Origin: an uncultured Chloroflexia bacterium
GTDB lineage: Bacteria; Chloroflexota; Limnocylindria; QHBO01
NCBI GenBank assembly: GCA_963760875.1
Contig: CAVXEH010000014.1
Location: 216,538-280,537, forward strand
Direction: 5' to 3'
DNA: 64,000 bases
The position numbers and the translations under genes were made by a program. Shown one piece after another: positions 17,584 to 27,433 of this stretch. The number at the start of each line of letters is the position of its first letter. Within the stretch, counting starts at the first letter, position 1. The notes under the pieces are model-generated. The model ran no database searches, was not told where the DNA came from, and saw only the letters and a list, made by a program, of their open reading frames with translations.

Positions 17584-17806
17584 GGTCTCAGCTCCTCGTC
17601 TGGTGAGAGGCGTCCGACGGGCGAGCCGGACGCCTCTCGTGGACGTGGCCAGGTTGCACGTGGCGTGCCATCCGACCAGCGCCAACCTGCCGGTCTGCCG
17701 GCTGCCGCGGGCCGTTCGGCCCTTGCTCGGCGCCGAGCGGCTGTCGAGGCTGAGATGGTCGGTCCGGATCCGGCCGGCGCTGCGATCGCCACTGGAGAAG
17801 CCACGC

Positions 17807-18085
17807 ATGACGGTGAACCTCCCGAGCGCCCCACCCACACTGCGACGACCCGACTGGTCGCCGCTCGACATCGCCAGCGACCGATGCAAGGGTTGCGAGC
17901 TGTGCATCGGGGCGTGCCCAAAGCACTGCCTCGCCCTCGATCCCGCGACGGTCAACGTCCTCGGCTACCACCCCATCCGTCTCACTGACGCGGACGCCTG
18001 CACGAGCTGCGCCTTCTGCGCCCGGGTCTGCCCCGATGCGGTCTTCACCGTCTACGCCGCACCGCGCAAGGAGGCCCGGAGATGA
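17807..18085 (+). CDS. korD: 2-oxoacid:ferredoxin oxidoreductase delta subunit (4Fe-4S ferredoxin).
   Basis: Two CxxCxxCxxxCP motifs ([24 protein letters not shown]). Immediately upstream of the alpha subunit. Confidence 0.8.
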   Translation: MTVNLPSAPPTLRRPDWSPLDIASDRCKGCELCIGACPKHCLALDPATVNVLGYHPIRLTDADACTSCAFCARVCPDAVFTVYAAPRKEARR

Positions 18086-19215
18086 CCGCTGCCGTGCATC
18101 CGTCAAGGAATGGGAAGCAGCTCGCTGCGGAGCCGCCCGCCGCCCACGACCCGCGCGCGCGAGTCCTCATGAAGGGCAACGAGGCCATCGCCGAAGCCGC
18201 GATCCAGGCGGGCTGCGACGCGTACTTTGGCTACCCCATCACCCCGCAGGCCGAGCTGCTGGAGTGGATGGCCCGGCGCATGCCGGAACTTGGCCGGGTC
18301 TTTGTCCAGGCCGAATCGGAGCTGGGTGCCATCAACATGGCCCTGGGCGCCGCGGCCACCGGAGCCCGGGTGATGGTCTCGAGCTCTTCGCCGGGCATCA
18401 GCCTGATGGCCGAGGCGATGAGCTACATGGCTGGCTCCGAGACCCCCATGGTCCTCGTCAACGTCATGCGCGGCGGACCGGGCCTCGGAAGCATTGGCCC
18501 CTCACAGAGCGACTACTTCCAGGCGGTCAAGGGCCACGGCCACGGCGACTACAAGGTGCCCGTGCTGGCACCGGCATCCATCTCCGAGGCCGTGGAGCTG
18601 GTGGCGACCAGCTTCGAGCTCGCCGAGCGGTACCGGACGCCGGTGATCATCCTCGCCGACGGCACCATGGGCCAGGCCATGGAGCCGGTGGACCTCAGCT
18701 TCCGCACGCCGGACCGTGGCGTCTTCGACTGGGCGCTCACCGGTGCCGCCGGCCGGGCCCCCCGCGTCGTTCGCTCGCTGCACCTGGCGCCCGAGGATCT
18801 GGAGGTGCACAACCGGGCGCTGCAGGCCAAGTTCGCGCAGATCGCCGAGCGCGAGGTCCGCTGGACAGGCGAGCAGCTCGAAGACGCGGACCTCGTGATC
18901 GTTGCCTACGGCACCGCCGCCCGCGTCGCGCGCACCGTCGTGGCGCGAGCGCGAACCGAAGGCCTGCGGGTGGGCCTCTTCCGGCCCATCAGCCTGTGGC
19001 CCTTCCCCACCGATGAGCTTCGTCGCCGCAGCGAGTCGCTGCGGGGCCTCCTGGTCGTGGAGCTCTCCGCGGGGCAGATGGTGGAGGACGTGCGGCTGGC
19101 CGTGGAGGGCCGGAGTCCCGTGGCCTTCCATGGTCGCACCGGCGGCATGATCCCCACGCCCGATGAAGTGCTGGCCGCGCTGCGAGCGCTCGCCGGCAAC
19201 GGAGACCTCCGATGA
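18082..19215 (+). CDS. korA: 2-oxoacid:ferredoxin oxidoreductase alpha subunit.
   Basis: [30 protein letters not shown]...[24 protein letters not shown] is the conserved POR/KOR alpha N-terminus. Confidence 0.85.
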   Translation: MTAAVHPSRNGKQLAAEPPAAHDPRARVLMKGNEAIAEAAIQAGCDAYFGYPITPQAELLEWMARRMPELGRVFVQAESELGAINMALGAAATGARVMVSSSSPGISLMAEAMSYMAGSETPMVLVNVMRGGPGLGSIGPSQSDYFQAVKGHGHGDYKVPVLAPASISEAVELVATSFELAERYRTPVIILADGTMGQAMEPVDLSFRTPDRGVFDWALTGAAGRAPRVVRSLHLAPEDLEVHNRALQAKFAQIAEREVRWTGEQLEDADLVIVAYGTAARVARTVVARARTEGLRVGLFRPISLWPFPTDELRRRSESLRGLLVVELSAGQMVEDVRLAVEGRSPVAFHGRTGGMIPTPDEVLAALRALAGNGDLR

Positions 19216-20030
19216 CCGTCATCGACACCCAGCGCCCCGGGGAGCGCCTGATCTTCCAGCGGCCCGAGCTGCTGGTCGACAAGTCAAGCCACTACTGCCC
19301 CGGCTGCGGGCACGGCATCATCCATCGGCTCATCGCCGAGCTCCTCGAGGAGCTGGACCTTGCGCCACGGACCATCGCGGTGGCTCCGGTGGGCTGCTCG
19401 GTCTTCGCCTACGAGTACCTGGCGGTGGACTGGGTCGAGGCGCCACACGGACGCGCTCCCGCCGTGGCGACGGGAATCCGCCGCGTCCGGCCCGACGCAT
19501 TCGTCCTGACCTACCAGGGCGACGGAGACCTCGCCGCCATCGGCACGGCCGAGATCGTGCACGCCGCCGCGCGCGGCGAGCCCATCAGCGGCATCTTCGT
19601 CAACAACGGGATCTACGGCATGACCGGCGGGCAGATGGCCCCGACCACCCTCCTCGGCCAGAAGACAACGTCCTCGCCGGGCGGGCGAGAGGCGAGCCTG
19701 GCCGGCTGGCCCATCCAGATCACGGAGATGCTGGCCCTGCTTCCGGGCGTCGCCTATGCGGCCCGTGGATCAGTGGCAGATCCTGCCCATATCGGGAAGA
19801 CGAAGGCCATGATCAAGCGCGCGTTCAGCGCCCAGATCAATGGCGAAGGATTTGCGCTGGTGGAGGTCCTCTCCAACTGCCCCGTGGGCTGGAACATGAC
19901 CGCCCCCGAGTCCATGGCCCATCTCGCTGAGGTGAGCGAGACCTATCCGCTGGGCGTCCTTGTTGATCGCGCCCGCGGAGTGGTCCCCGCTGTCACACCC
20001 GCCCTTGACCACCGCGCGAAGGAGGCCTGA
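19212..20030 (+). CDS. korB: 2-oxoacid:ferredoxin oxidoreductase beta subunit (TPP-binding).
   Basis: [16 protein letters not shown]...[25 protein letters not shown]-binding fold motifs. Confidence 0.85.
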   Translation: MTVIDTQRPGERLIFQRPELLVDKSSHYCPGCGHGIIHRLIAELLEELDLAPRTIAVAPVGCSVFAYEYLAVDWVEAPHGRAPAVATGIRRVRPDAFVLTYQGDGDLAAIGTAEIVHAAARGEPISGIFVNNGIYGMTGGQMAPTTLLGQKTTSSPGGREASLAGWPIQITEMLALLPGVAYAARGSVADPAHIGKTKAMIKRAFSAQINGEGFALVEVLSNCPVGWNMTAPESMAHLAEVSETYPLGVLVDRARGVVPAVTPALDHRAKEA

Positions 20031-20031
20031 C

Positions 20032-20595
20032 ATGGAACGTTCCGTCGTCTTCGCCGGGTTCGGCGGCCAGGGGCTGCTCTTCGCCGGCCAGGTCCTCGCC
20101 CGGGCCGGCATCAAGGACGGCCGCGAGGTCTTCTGGATTCCCTCCTACGGGCCGGAGATGCGGGGAGGCACGGCGTCGTGCACGGTGATCGTGGGCGACA
20201 GCGCCATCGGATCGCCGGTCGTGGACCGCTACGATGCCGCAGTGGTCATGAATCCTCCGTCACTCGCCAAGTTCGGTCCCCGGGTTGCCGCCGGCGGCCT
20301 GCTCATCGTCAATGCCTCCCTGGTCGAGGCGACCTCGGAACGGATTGACATCGATGAGCTGCGGCTGGACTGCACGGCGCTCGCGGCCAGGGGCGGTGAC
20401 GACAAGCTGGTAAGCGTGGTTGCGCTGGGAGCGCTCGTCTCCCGGCTTGGCTGGGTTTCGGTCGAGTCCGTGGAAGCGACCCTGCGCGAAATGGTCGGCG
20501 CCAAGCGTCCCCAGATCCTGGACGCGGACCTTGGTGCCTTTGCGGCGGGTGTCGACGCTGGTCGCGCGCAGGTGGGGATGCCCATCGGCGGGTGA
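20032..20595 (+). CDS. korC: 2-oxoacid:ferredoxin oxidoreductase gamma subunit.
   Basis: FAGFGGQGLLFAGQVLARAG...IPSYGPEMRGGTASCTVIV is the POR gamma signature. Start refined to MERSVVF. Confidence 0.8.
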   Translation: MERSVVFAGFGGQGLLFAGQVLARAGIKDGREVFWIPSYGPEMRGGTASCTVIVGDSAIGSPVVDRYDAAVVMNPPSLAKFGPRVAAGGLLIVNASLVEATSERIDIDELRLDCTALAARGGDDKLVSVVALGALVSRLGWVSVESVEATLREMVGAKRPQILDADLGAFAAGVDAGRAQVGMPIGG

Positions 20596-20611
20596 CCTCC
20601 GGCGCCCTCCG

Positions 20612-21157
20612 ATGGGAGGTGCGGTGGTGTCAGTCGATGATCCGCGACGGGAGATGGCCGAGCCGTTCCGGCGTGCGCTCGACGCGCTCGTCCTGCGGTG
20701 GGTGGGCGTCTACCTGCTGGCCGCCAGCGTGGTGGTCTGCCCGTTCCTGTGCGGTGCCGGTATCCACGAGGAGCACCTGATCCATGCCTGCCTGCCGGTC
20801 TTCCTGGTCGGGTTCATCGCGGTCCACCTGATCTGGCGACGACCCGCACCGCGGCACGACGGCTGGCGCAGGGCCTTCGAGGAGGACCCGCGCGACGCTC
20901 GGTTGACCGTCGGGGTTGGCCTCGCGGCCATCGCCGGCTTGACGCTGGCGCTGGTGGCCATTTTCTGCCCGCTGGGAGACCAGATGGCGCTGGCCGTGGC
21001 CCTCGGAATCTGGTTGCCGATCCTTGCACCGCTCTATGCGGGAGCGATCTGGGTGTCCATCGAATGCTCGATCCGGCGCCTCGGTTCGAGCGCCGACTCC
21101 GCGGATTCGAGCTTCCGGGACTATTGGCGCCACGTGGCGGAGCACGACCCCCGCTGA
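20612..21157 (+). CDS. Hypothetical membrane protein.
   Basis: Four predicted TM helices. High GC3. Follows korC. Confidence 0.45.
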   Translation: MGGAVVSVDDPRREMAEPFRRALDALVLRWVGVYLLAASVVVCPFLCGAGIHEEHLIHACLPVFLVGFIAVHLIWRRPAPRHDGWRRAFEEDPRDARLTVGVGLAAIAGLTLALVAIFCPLGDQMALAVALGIWLPILAPLYAGAIWVSIECSIRRLGSSADSADSSFRDYWRHVAEHDPR

Positions 21158-21165
21158 GGTTCCCA

Positions 21166-21756
21166 TTGACCGCCACGCGCGACCCGGGCATCCTCCGAAT
21201 CGTGCCGATCGAACCCGCCCCCGTCTCGAGCTGCCCCGGCTGCGCCGTCTCACTCCCCGCATCGGAATGGCCGGTGGACCCTCGCCGCAACGTCTCGCCC
21301 GCATGCTGGGAGCGCTACACCGCGGTCCTGGCGCACGAGGCAGAGCACATGCCCGCCCTGGGACGGCTCCATCAGCTGACCGTCGACACCTACGCGGCGC
21401 AGCACCCCGGACCCCAGGTGCCGGCCATCTCGGTCCCGTTCGCCCTCATTGGCCTGCTGCTGGCCCTCGACGAGAGCTGGAGCGGCCCCGCAGTACGGGC
21501 AGCCCACGGCTTCCTGGCAGAGCGCCACGCCGACTGGCCGGCCTTCAGGCCGCCCGACAGCCGTGGGGCCGTCACCGCTGCCGATGTCGCCGGCGCCCGG
21601 GGCCCCGACCAGCACGCCGCGCTGGTCGGACGCTGGGCTGCCGTCACCTGGGATGCGTGGCGGGAGGAGCACCACCGCATTCGCGCCTGGGCCGCCGAGG
21701 TGCTGCCGGCCGATGTGCGTGGCCGTCTGCGCGCGGAGACGGGTGCCGGGCGCTGA
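21166..21756 (+). CDS. Hypothetical protein with a CxxC motif, DUF5946-like.
   Basis: TTG start 8 nt after a GAGG motif. SSCPGCAVSLP...WERYTAVLAHEAEH...TVDTYAAQHPG. High GC3. The family assignment is tentative. Confidence 0.45.
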   Translation: MTATRDPGILRIVPIEPAPVSSCPGCAVSLPASEWPVDPRRNVSPACWERYTAVLAHEAEHMPALGRLHQLTVDTYAAQHPGPQVPAISVPFALIGLLLALDESWSGPAVRAAHGFLAERHADWPAFRPPDSRGAVTAADVAGARGPDQHAALVGRWAAVTWDAWREEHHRIRAWAAEVLPADVRGRLRAETGAGR

Positions 21757-21791
21757 TCCGGAGGCCACGGGACCAGGCGCAGTCCGCGTCC

Positions 21792-22178
21792 TCAGCCCGG
21801 CGCGCAGGGCTCCAGCAGCAGGAACTCATCGACCCCCAGCACACCCAGGGCCTGCCGCACGCCCTGGGGCACCAGGTGGCGTGACTGGTCGAGCACCACC
21901 GCGGGCGCGCAGTACCGGTGCCGGCGGCCGCGCGACTCCACCTCGCAGCCTCGTGCGGCCAGCACATTGCGCACCCACTGGGCGTTTGCACCGTACGTGA
22001 GCGGAATCACCAGGTGCTCACGCCGATGGAAGACGTTCACCGGCGTGAAGTAGTCGCGCCCGGTCCGGCGCCCTCGGTGCCTCACCACCCCGAAGCCCGG
22101 CGCGAGCCGGGCGACCGGACGGGTGAGCCGGTTCGTCACGCGGGCGTTGAAGCGGCCAAGAGCGTGCGGCAGCGGCAT
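21792..22178 (-). CDS. Deazaflavin (F420)-dependent nitroreductase family protein (DUF385).
   Basis: RLTRPVARLAPGFGVVRHRGRRTGRDYFTPVNV...YGANAQWVRNVLAARGCEV matches the DUF385 signature. Confidence 0.75.
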   Translation of the reverse strand: MPLPHALGRFNARVTNRLTRPVARLAPGFGVVRHRGRRTGRDYFTPVNVFHRREHLVIPLTYGANAQWVRNVLAARGCEVESRGRRHRYCAPAVVLDQSRHLVPQGVRQALGVLGVDEFLLLEPCAPG

Positions 22179-22214
22179 GGCGCCATCATGCGCCCCCGGG
22201 GCGCGGCTGACCGC

Positions 22215-23141
22215 TCACGCGGCGTTCTGGATCGCCGCGGACATCAGCGCGCGCGCCGCGTCAATGGGGATCGCGAAGCCCAGGCCCTGCGCGTCGGACG
22301 CGGTGGCGGTGTTGATGCCGATCACCTGCGCCGCAGCATTGACGAGCGGACCGCCACTGTTGCCCTGGTTGATGGCCGCATCGGTTTGGATCAGGCCGCT
22401 GAGCTGCTCGGCATTGCGCGGGCCGCTGCCGGCGGTGATCTGGCGGTCGAGGCCGCTGACGACGCCGGTGGTGACCGTGTTCGCGAACTGGCCGAGTGGG
22501 TCTCCAATGGCCACTACCAGCTGGCCCACCTGAAGGTCAGCGCTGGAGCCGATGGTGGCGACCGGCAGTCCCGTCGCGTTGACCTTGACAACGGCCAGGT
22601 CGGCCGCCGCGTCGGCCCTGACGACCGTACCGGGGAACTGGCGCCCGTCGGCCAGGGTCACGGTGATGGTGCCGCCGTCCGCGATGACGTGGTCGTTGGT
22701 GAGGATGTAGCCGTTCGCGTCGTAGATGAAGCCCGAGCCGATGCCCGTGGCCGTCCCACCGAAGCCGGCGCCCTGGGTCTCGATGACGACCACGGCGGGT
22801 CCCACGGACTTTGCCGCGGTGATCACCGCGGTGCTCTGGTCGCTGGTCGTGCTGGTGACGACCGACGCCGCCCGGGCGGTGGTCGAGGCCGATGGCTCAG
22901 CGGCAGCGGAGCCGCCGCTGAGCAGGGCTGCGGCACCCGCGCCGGCGCCGCCGCCGGCCACGATGCCAATGGTCACGGCCGCGACCGCGGTACGCAGCCA
23001 GCCGGGCGAGCGACGTGGCGGCTGGGGAGCGGCGGACTCGGGCAGGACGGTGGTGAGGAGGGTCACGGGCGCGGTGTCAGCTGGAGGAGTGGGGGTTGTG
23101 TCGACCGACCCGGAGAGGTCGGTGGGTTCGTTCGGATCCAT
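22215..23141 (-). CDS. Secreted trypsin-like serine protease (S1C, HtrA-like, without PDZ).
   Basis: Catalytic-triad contexts TNDHV, DLAVVKV and GNSGGPL. N-terminal TM/signal. Confidence 0.8.
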   Translation of the reverse strand: MDPNEPTDLSGSVDTTPTPPADTAPVTLLTTVLPESAAPQPPRRSPGWLRTAVAAVTIGIVAGGGAGAGAAALLSGGSAAAEPSASTTARAASVVTSTTSDQSTAVITAAKSVGPAVVVIETQGAGFGGTATGIGSGFIYDANGYILTNDHVIADGGTITVTLADGRQFPGTVVRADAAADLAVVKVNATGLPVATIGSSADLQVGQLVVAIGDPLGQFANTVTTGVVSGLDRQITAGSGPRNAEQLSGLIQTDAAINQGNSGGPLVNAAAQVIGINTATASDAQGLGFAIPIDAARALMSAAIQNAA

Positions 23142-23236
23142 GGGAGCTCGATTCCTCTGGTGTGCAGTGCCGATTCGTTGGTCCAAGCATGCGTCGCAAT
23201 TCTTTCGGACGGGTTACAGCCGGTGGGCTCGACGCC

Positions 23237-23254
23237 GTAACCGAACCGAAAGGC
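23237..23254 (+). promoter_or_regulatory. Conserved 18-nt motif CGTAACCGAACCGAAAGG (copy A), 78 nt upstream of the 23332 start.
   Basis: Identical or near-identical 18-mer at 25578 and 30851. Confidence 0.5.
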
Positions 23255-23331
23255 TGGGTCGCCCACGCTGCCGACCGTCACGGGAGCGGCCCGCTTCCCG
23301 AGGCCGATGCACCAGCACAGCGGAGAATCAC

Positions 23332-23928
23332 ATGACCATCTCGAGCACGACGCCCGATCAGCCGGAGGAGCGCGAGACCCGCGTCTTCACCCCGGCCGAG
23401 ACCGAGGTCGTCTTCCAGTCTCCCTTCACCGGCCCCGGCACCACCCGCCGCCGCGTCGGCGGCCTCTCGGCGGTGTCGCTCCTCCTTGCCCTCGCCGGCG
23501 TGGTCGCCATTGCCGGCGTCGCCTTCGCGGTCGGTCGCACCACCGCGGGCGGCGCGACAACCGACCTGCCGACGGGCGCCGGAGCCGGCGTCGGCAACAA
23601 CAACGGCACCGTCCCGAACCTGGGCGTACCCGGCGGGCGAGACGACAACGGCGTCAACGACGATGCCAACCGACCCGCCGAATCACGCAGCATCACCGGA
23701 ACGGTGACATCGGTCTCCGGCGGCACGCTCACCGTGCAGCTGGCCGGCGGCCAGACGGTGCAGGTCACCGTCGACGGCTCGACCACGTACCACAGCCAGA
23801 TTGCGGCATCGGCAGGCGATGTCTCGACCGGCAGCCAGGTCATCGTCTCGGTCTCGGGGTTCGGCCCGCCCGGCACCGACAGCGGCTCGCAACTCACGGC
23901 CAGTGACGTGACGATCGCGGGTCGCTGA
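23332..23928 (+). CDS. Membrane-anchored protein with a Thr-rich region and a C-terminal DUF5666-like beta domain.
   Basis: TM helix LSAVSLLLALAGVVAIAGVAFAV. TGTVTSVSGGTLTVQLAGGQTVQVTVDGSTTY repeat-like segment. Confidence 0.6.
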   Translation: MTISSTTPDQPEERETRVFTPAETEVVFQSPFTGPGTTRRRVGGLSAVSLLLALAGVVAIAGVAFAVGRTTAGGATTDLPTGAGAGVGNNNGTVPNLGVPGGRDDNGVNDDANRPAESRSITGTVTSVSGGTLTVQLAGGQTVQVTVDGSTTYHSQIAASAGDVSTGSQVIVSVSGFGPPGTDSGSQLTASDVTIAGR

Positions 23929-23945
23929 GCGGAGAATGGACGGGG

Positions 23946-25559
23946 ATGCCGGGATGGCACCCCAACCAGTATCGGTGCAGTGGGCGGGGTGGTCATGAGG
24001 TGAGCTTCGCGCGAAGGCACGCCGGGTTCCTGGCGGTCGCGTCCGCGGGTCTCGGACTTCGGGTGGTGCTCGCCTACCTGGCGTTCCCCAACCAGGGCCT
24101 GGAGACCGACCTCGGGTTCTTCCTGAGCTGGACGCGGACCCTGGGTGAGGTTGGTCCCGGCGCCTTCTACGCCAGCGCGGCGAGCGCGAACTATCCCCCG
24201 CTCTATCCGGCCATCCTGTGGGTGATGGGCCTGGCGGCGCACCCGCTGGCTGCGATCACAGGGAGCAGCCTGGACCAGGCGATGGTGGACCTGCTCAAGG
24301 TCCCTGCCATCACCGCGGACCTGCTCATCGCCCTCCTGCTGTACCGGGCGGGCTCCCGCTGGATCGGACGCCGCGCCGGCGTGGGCGCGGCGGCGCTGTA
24401 CCTATTCATCCCCGTTACCTGGTACGACTCCGCGCTGTGGGGGCAGGTCGACGCCGGCGGGACCCTGGTCATGCTGGGCGCGCTCCTGCTGCTGGTCGAG
24501 GGCTGGAGCGAGGCCGCGGCCGCCGTCGGCGCGCTCAGCATCCTGGTGAAGCCGCAGGACGCCATTGTGCTGGCGGTCATCGCGCCGGTCCTCGTCCGCC
24601 GCCATCTCCTGCGCGTCGGCAGCGGGCCGGCGCCTGCCCCTGGGCGGCGGCTCGCCTGGCTGGACCGCGCCCTGGGCGGGCTTCTGCACGAGCAGGGACC
24701 GGTGCGGCTGGGGACCTCGGCGGTTGCCGCGGGGCTCGCCGTCATCGTGCCGCTCCTGCCCTTCGACATCATCCGGCTCGCGCCCTCGAGCCTCTCCGAC
24801 GTCCCCGTCATCGGCCACGTGGCCGGGCTCGTCAGCCTGGTGCTCTCGCTTGGTGGCCAGTTCAGCGTGCTCACCGTCAATGCCTACAACGCGTGGGCGC
24901 TGGCGGGCCCGGCTCCCCTGGCGAGCATCATGGGCGGCGGCGGGTCGTGGACCCCGGACTCCATCGCCATCGTGGCGGGGATCCCGGCCTGGGCCCTTTC
25001 CGCGCTCCTCCTGGGGGGCGTCGCCCTGCTGGTCATGGTGGGGCTCCTGCGGCGCGACGGGTGGATGCCCATCTTCGGCGGCTTCGCCATCCTGGCCCTG
25101 GCGTTCTACCTCCTGCCTACCCGGGTGCACGAGCGCTATCTCTTCCCGTTCTTCGCGCCGGCTGCCCTGCTGGCCTCCCTGGCCGCCACACGCGTGGCCG
25201 GCTACGGCGCGCTGGGACTCCTCAACGTGGTCAACATCCACGCGGTGCTGGCCGCGCCGCTAGCGGTGACCTTCGGGGGCCGTGGATTCGGTGGCGGCGG
25301 AGGTGGGTTCGGCGGCGGAGACTTCGGTGGCGGGTTCCCCGGTGGCGGAGGCATCGGCTTCGGGAGGCTCATCAGCCAGATCTCCCTGCCGTTCGCGGAC
25401 CTCGCGCGGTCCGAGGTGGTGATCATCGCGGTCGCCCTGGGCCAGACGGCGGCGCTGGCGGGTCTCCTCGCGGTCTGGGTGGCGACCGTCATCCGTCCCA
25501 CCATCCCGTGGGTCGCCACGCAGAGGCGGGGGCAACCCGCCGTGCCCGGCCCAACATGA
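23946..25559 (+). CDS. GT-C fold membrane glycosyltransferase (GT39/GT87-like) with a Gly-rich C-terminal loop.
   Basis: More than 10 TM helices. YPPLYP... motif region. GGRGFGGGGGGFGGGDFGGGFPGGGGIGFG low-complexity loop like the GT39 at 31121. The start may be downstream (GTG near 24001). Confidence 0.65.
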   Translation: MPGWHPNQYRCSGRGGHEVSFARRHAGFLAVASAGLGLRVVLAYLAFPNQGLETDLGFFLSWTRTLGEVGPGAFYASAASANYPPLYPAILWVMGLAAHPLAAITGSSLDQAMVDLLKVPAITADLLIALLLYRAGSRWIGRRAGVGAAALYLFIPVTWYDSALWGQVDAGGTLVMLGALLLLVEGWSEAAAAVGALSILVKPQDAIVLAVIAPVLVRRHLLRVGSGPAPAPGRRLAWLDRALGGLLHEQGPVRLGTSAVAAGLAVIVPLLPFDIIRLAPSSLSDVPVIGHVAGLVSLVLSLGGQFSVLTVNAYNAWALAGPAPLASIMGGGGSWTPDSIAIVAGIPAWALSALLLGGVALLVMVGLLRRDGWMPIFGGFAILALAFYLLPTRVHERYLFPFFAPAALLASLAATRVAGYGALGLLNVVNIHAVLAAPLAVTFGGRGFGGGGGGFGGGDFGGGFPGGGGIGFGRLISQISLPFADLARSEVVIIAVALGQTAALAGLLAVWVATVIRPTIPWVATQRRGQPAVPGPT

Positions 25560-25577
25560 CCGCGACGCTCCCGCGCG

Positions 25578-25613
25578 CGTAACCGAGCCGAAAGGTTCGC
25601 TTCGCGAGACTGC
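25578..25613 (+). promoter_or_regulatory. Conserved motif copy B: CGTAACCGAGCCGAAAGG plus downstream CGCGAGACTGC, ending 5 nt before the 25618 start.
   Basis: Both sub-blocks are shared with copy C at 30851..30886. Confidence 0.5.
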
Positions 25614-25617
25614 GGGC

Positions 25618-25920
25618 ATGAAGACAGCGCAACGACTCTCCCCGGCACAGCGCAACCGCGCGATCGAGCGGCTTCGGGTGCTGACGGCGGGCGCAACGTT
25701 TGTCGGCGTCTCTGCAACCGTGGGCTTCAGCTGGGTTGCCGCAATGAGCAACCCCGGAACGCAGGCATCGGCGGCCGTCTCAACGACCTCGACCGGCTCG
25801 ACCACCTCCACCACTTCGAACGCATCGTCGACGAGCTCCTCGACCGGCTCGTCGCTGGGAACCACCATCATCGGCACCGGCACCAGTGGCCGGTCGCATG
25901 CGGCGAGCGGAGGATCCTGA
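25618..25920 (+). CDS. Small membrane-anchored Ser/Thr-rich protein.
   Basis: TM helix followed by ASAAVSTTSTGSTTSTTSNASSTSSSTGSSLGTT. First gene of a + strand operon. Confidence 0.45.
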   Translation: MKTAQRLSPAQRNRAIERLRVLTAGATFVGVSATVGFSWVAAMSNPGTQASAAVSTTSTGSTTSTTSNASSTSSSTGSSLGTTIIGTGTSGRSHAASGGS

Positions 25921-25922
25921 CC

Positions 25923-26852
25923 GTGATCCGGACCGCGACCTGGCGTGCCCTGGGCACCGGCGTGCGCCTCGTCACCAACGGCGGCCGGGCGGAGCGCGCA
26001 CGACGCGCCGTGGAGGAGCTCCTCGAGCTCGTCGACGCCACGTACAGCCGCTTCCGTGCCGACAGCGAGCTGTCCCGGCTCAATGCGCAGGCGGGGCAGA
26101 TCGTGCCGGTGAGCGGGCTTCTGACGAATGCGGTCGCCACGGCCCTGCGAGGCGCGCGGCTGAGCGGCGGACTCGTGGATCCGACGGTCGGGCGCGCCAT
26201 GCGCCTCATCGGCTACGACGACCACTTCGAGGTCATCTCGGCCCGGGCCGATGGCGCCCTGCGCTTCGAGCCGGTCCCCGGCTGGCAGGCGGTCCACCTC
26301 AACGAGGTGGCTCGAACCGTCCGCCTCGAACCAGGCGTTGAGCTCGACCTGGGATCCACCGGCAAGGCGCTGGCGGCCGATCTGGCCGCGGCCGCCGCCA
26401 ACCTGGTCATGCAAGGTGGCGGCGTCCTGGTCAGCCTGGGCGGCGACATCGCCGTGGCCGGTCTCGCGCCGGCAGGCGGCTGGCAGGTGCTGGCCGCTGA
26501 GAACCATGCGGCCCGGGTGGATGCCGATGGCGAGACCATCACCCTCACGGAGGGCGGCATCGCCACCTCGAGCATCACGGTCCGGCGCTGGACACGCCAG
26601 GGAATCGGTCTCCACCACCTGGTCGACCCGCGCACGGGCCGGCCCGTGGACAGCCCCTGGCGGACGGCAAGCGTGGCGGCCGCCACCTGCGTCGACGCCA
26701 ACATCGCCGCCACGGCCGCGATCCTCCTTGGCGAGCATGCAGCGGCCTGGCTCGCTGAGCGCAGCCTTCCGGCGCGCCTCGTCGCCAACGACGGAACCAT
26801 CCGGCGCGTGGCCGGCTGGCCGGCACCCGAGCCCGTGGCGGTGCCGGCATGA
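25923..26852 (+). CDS. apbE: FAD:protein FMN transferase (ApbE family).
   Basis: LDLGSTGKALAAD and the ApbE core. 309 aa. Confidence 0.8.
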   Translation: MIRTATWRALGTGVRLVTNGGRAERARRAVEELLELVDATYSRFRADSELSRLNAQAGQIVPVSGLLTNAVATALRGARLSGGLVDPTVGRAMRLIGYDDHFEVISARADGALRFEPVPGWQAVHLNEVARTVRLEPGVELDLGSTGKALAADLAAAAANLVMQGGGVLVSLGGDIAVAGLAPAGGWQVLAAENHAARVDADGETITLTEGGIATSSITVRRWTRQGIGLHHLVDPRTGRPVDSPWRTASVAAATCVDANIAATAAILLGEHAAAWLAERSLPARLVANDGTIRRVAGWPAPEPVAVPA

Positions 26853-27433
26853 TCGAGAGCCTGCTGTGGTACGCCACCCGCGGCGCGGGCATTGCGTCGC
26901 TGCTCATGCTCACGGGCGTTGTCGCCCTGGGCGTGCTGACCGCCGTTCGCTGGCAGCGGCCGGGATGGCCGCGGTTCCTGAGCGCGGAGTTCCACCAGGC
27001 CGTCAGCCTGCTGACGCTGGTCTTCCTGGGCATCCACATCCTCATCGCGGTCCTCGATCCCTACACCTCGCTGGGCGTGGATGCAGCGCTGCTGCCGTTC
27101 TCGTCACCGTACCGGCAGATCTGGCTTGGCCTGGGCGGCGTGGCGATGTACCTCATCGCCGCCATCGTCATCACCAGCCTCCTGCGCCCGCACTTCGGCC
27201 GGCGCACGTGGCGGGTCATCCACTGGCTCACCTACGCGGCGTGGCCGATGGCGCTGATCCACGGGATCGGCACGGGTTCCGACACCGGCGCCGTCTGGAT
27301 GTGGGCCTTGGATGGCCTGTGCCTGCTGACCGTCGGCGCGGCTGTGGCGTGGAGAGCGAGCGCCGCCGACGAGGCGCTCGTCGTCAAGGACGCGGCACTG
27401 CCGCCGTCCGGGTCGCAACGGGTGACCAGATGA
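26849..27433 (+). CDS. Ferric-reductase-like transmembrane heme-binding protein (MsrQ/FRD-type).
   Basis: Six TM helices with conserved His pairs (HQAVSLLTLVFLGIHILIAV...HWLTYAAWPMALIHGIG). Confidence 0.65.
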   Translation: MIESLLWYATRGAGIASLLMLTGVVALGVLTAVRWQRPGWPRFLSAEFHQAVSLLTLVFLGIHILIAVLDPYTSLGVDAALLPFSSPYRQIWLGLGGVAMYLIAAIVITSLLRPHFGRRTWRVIHWLTYAAWPMALIHGIGTGSDTGAVWMWALDGLCLLTVGAAVAWRASAADEALVVKDAALPPSGSQRVTR

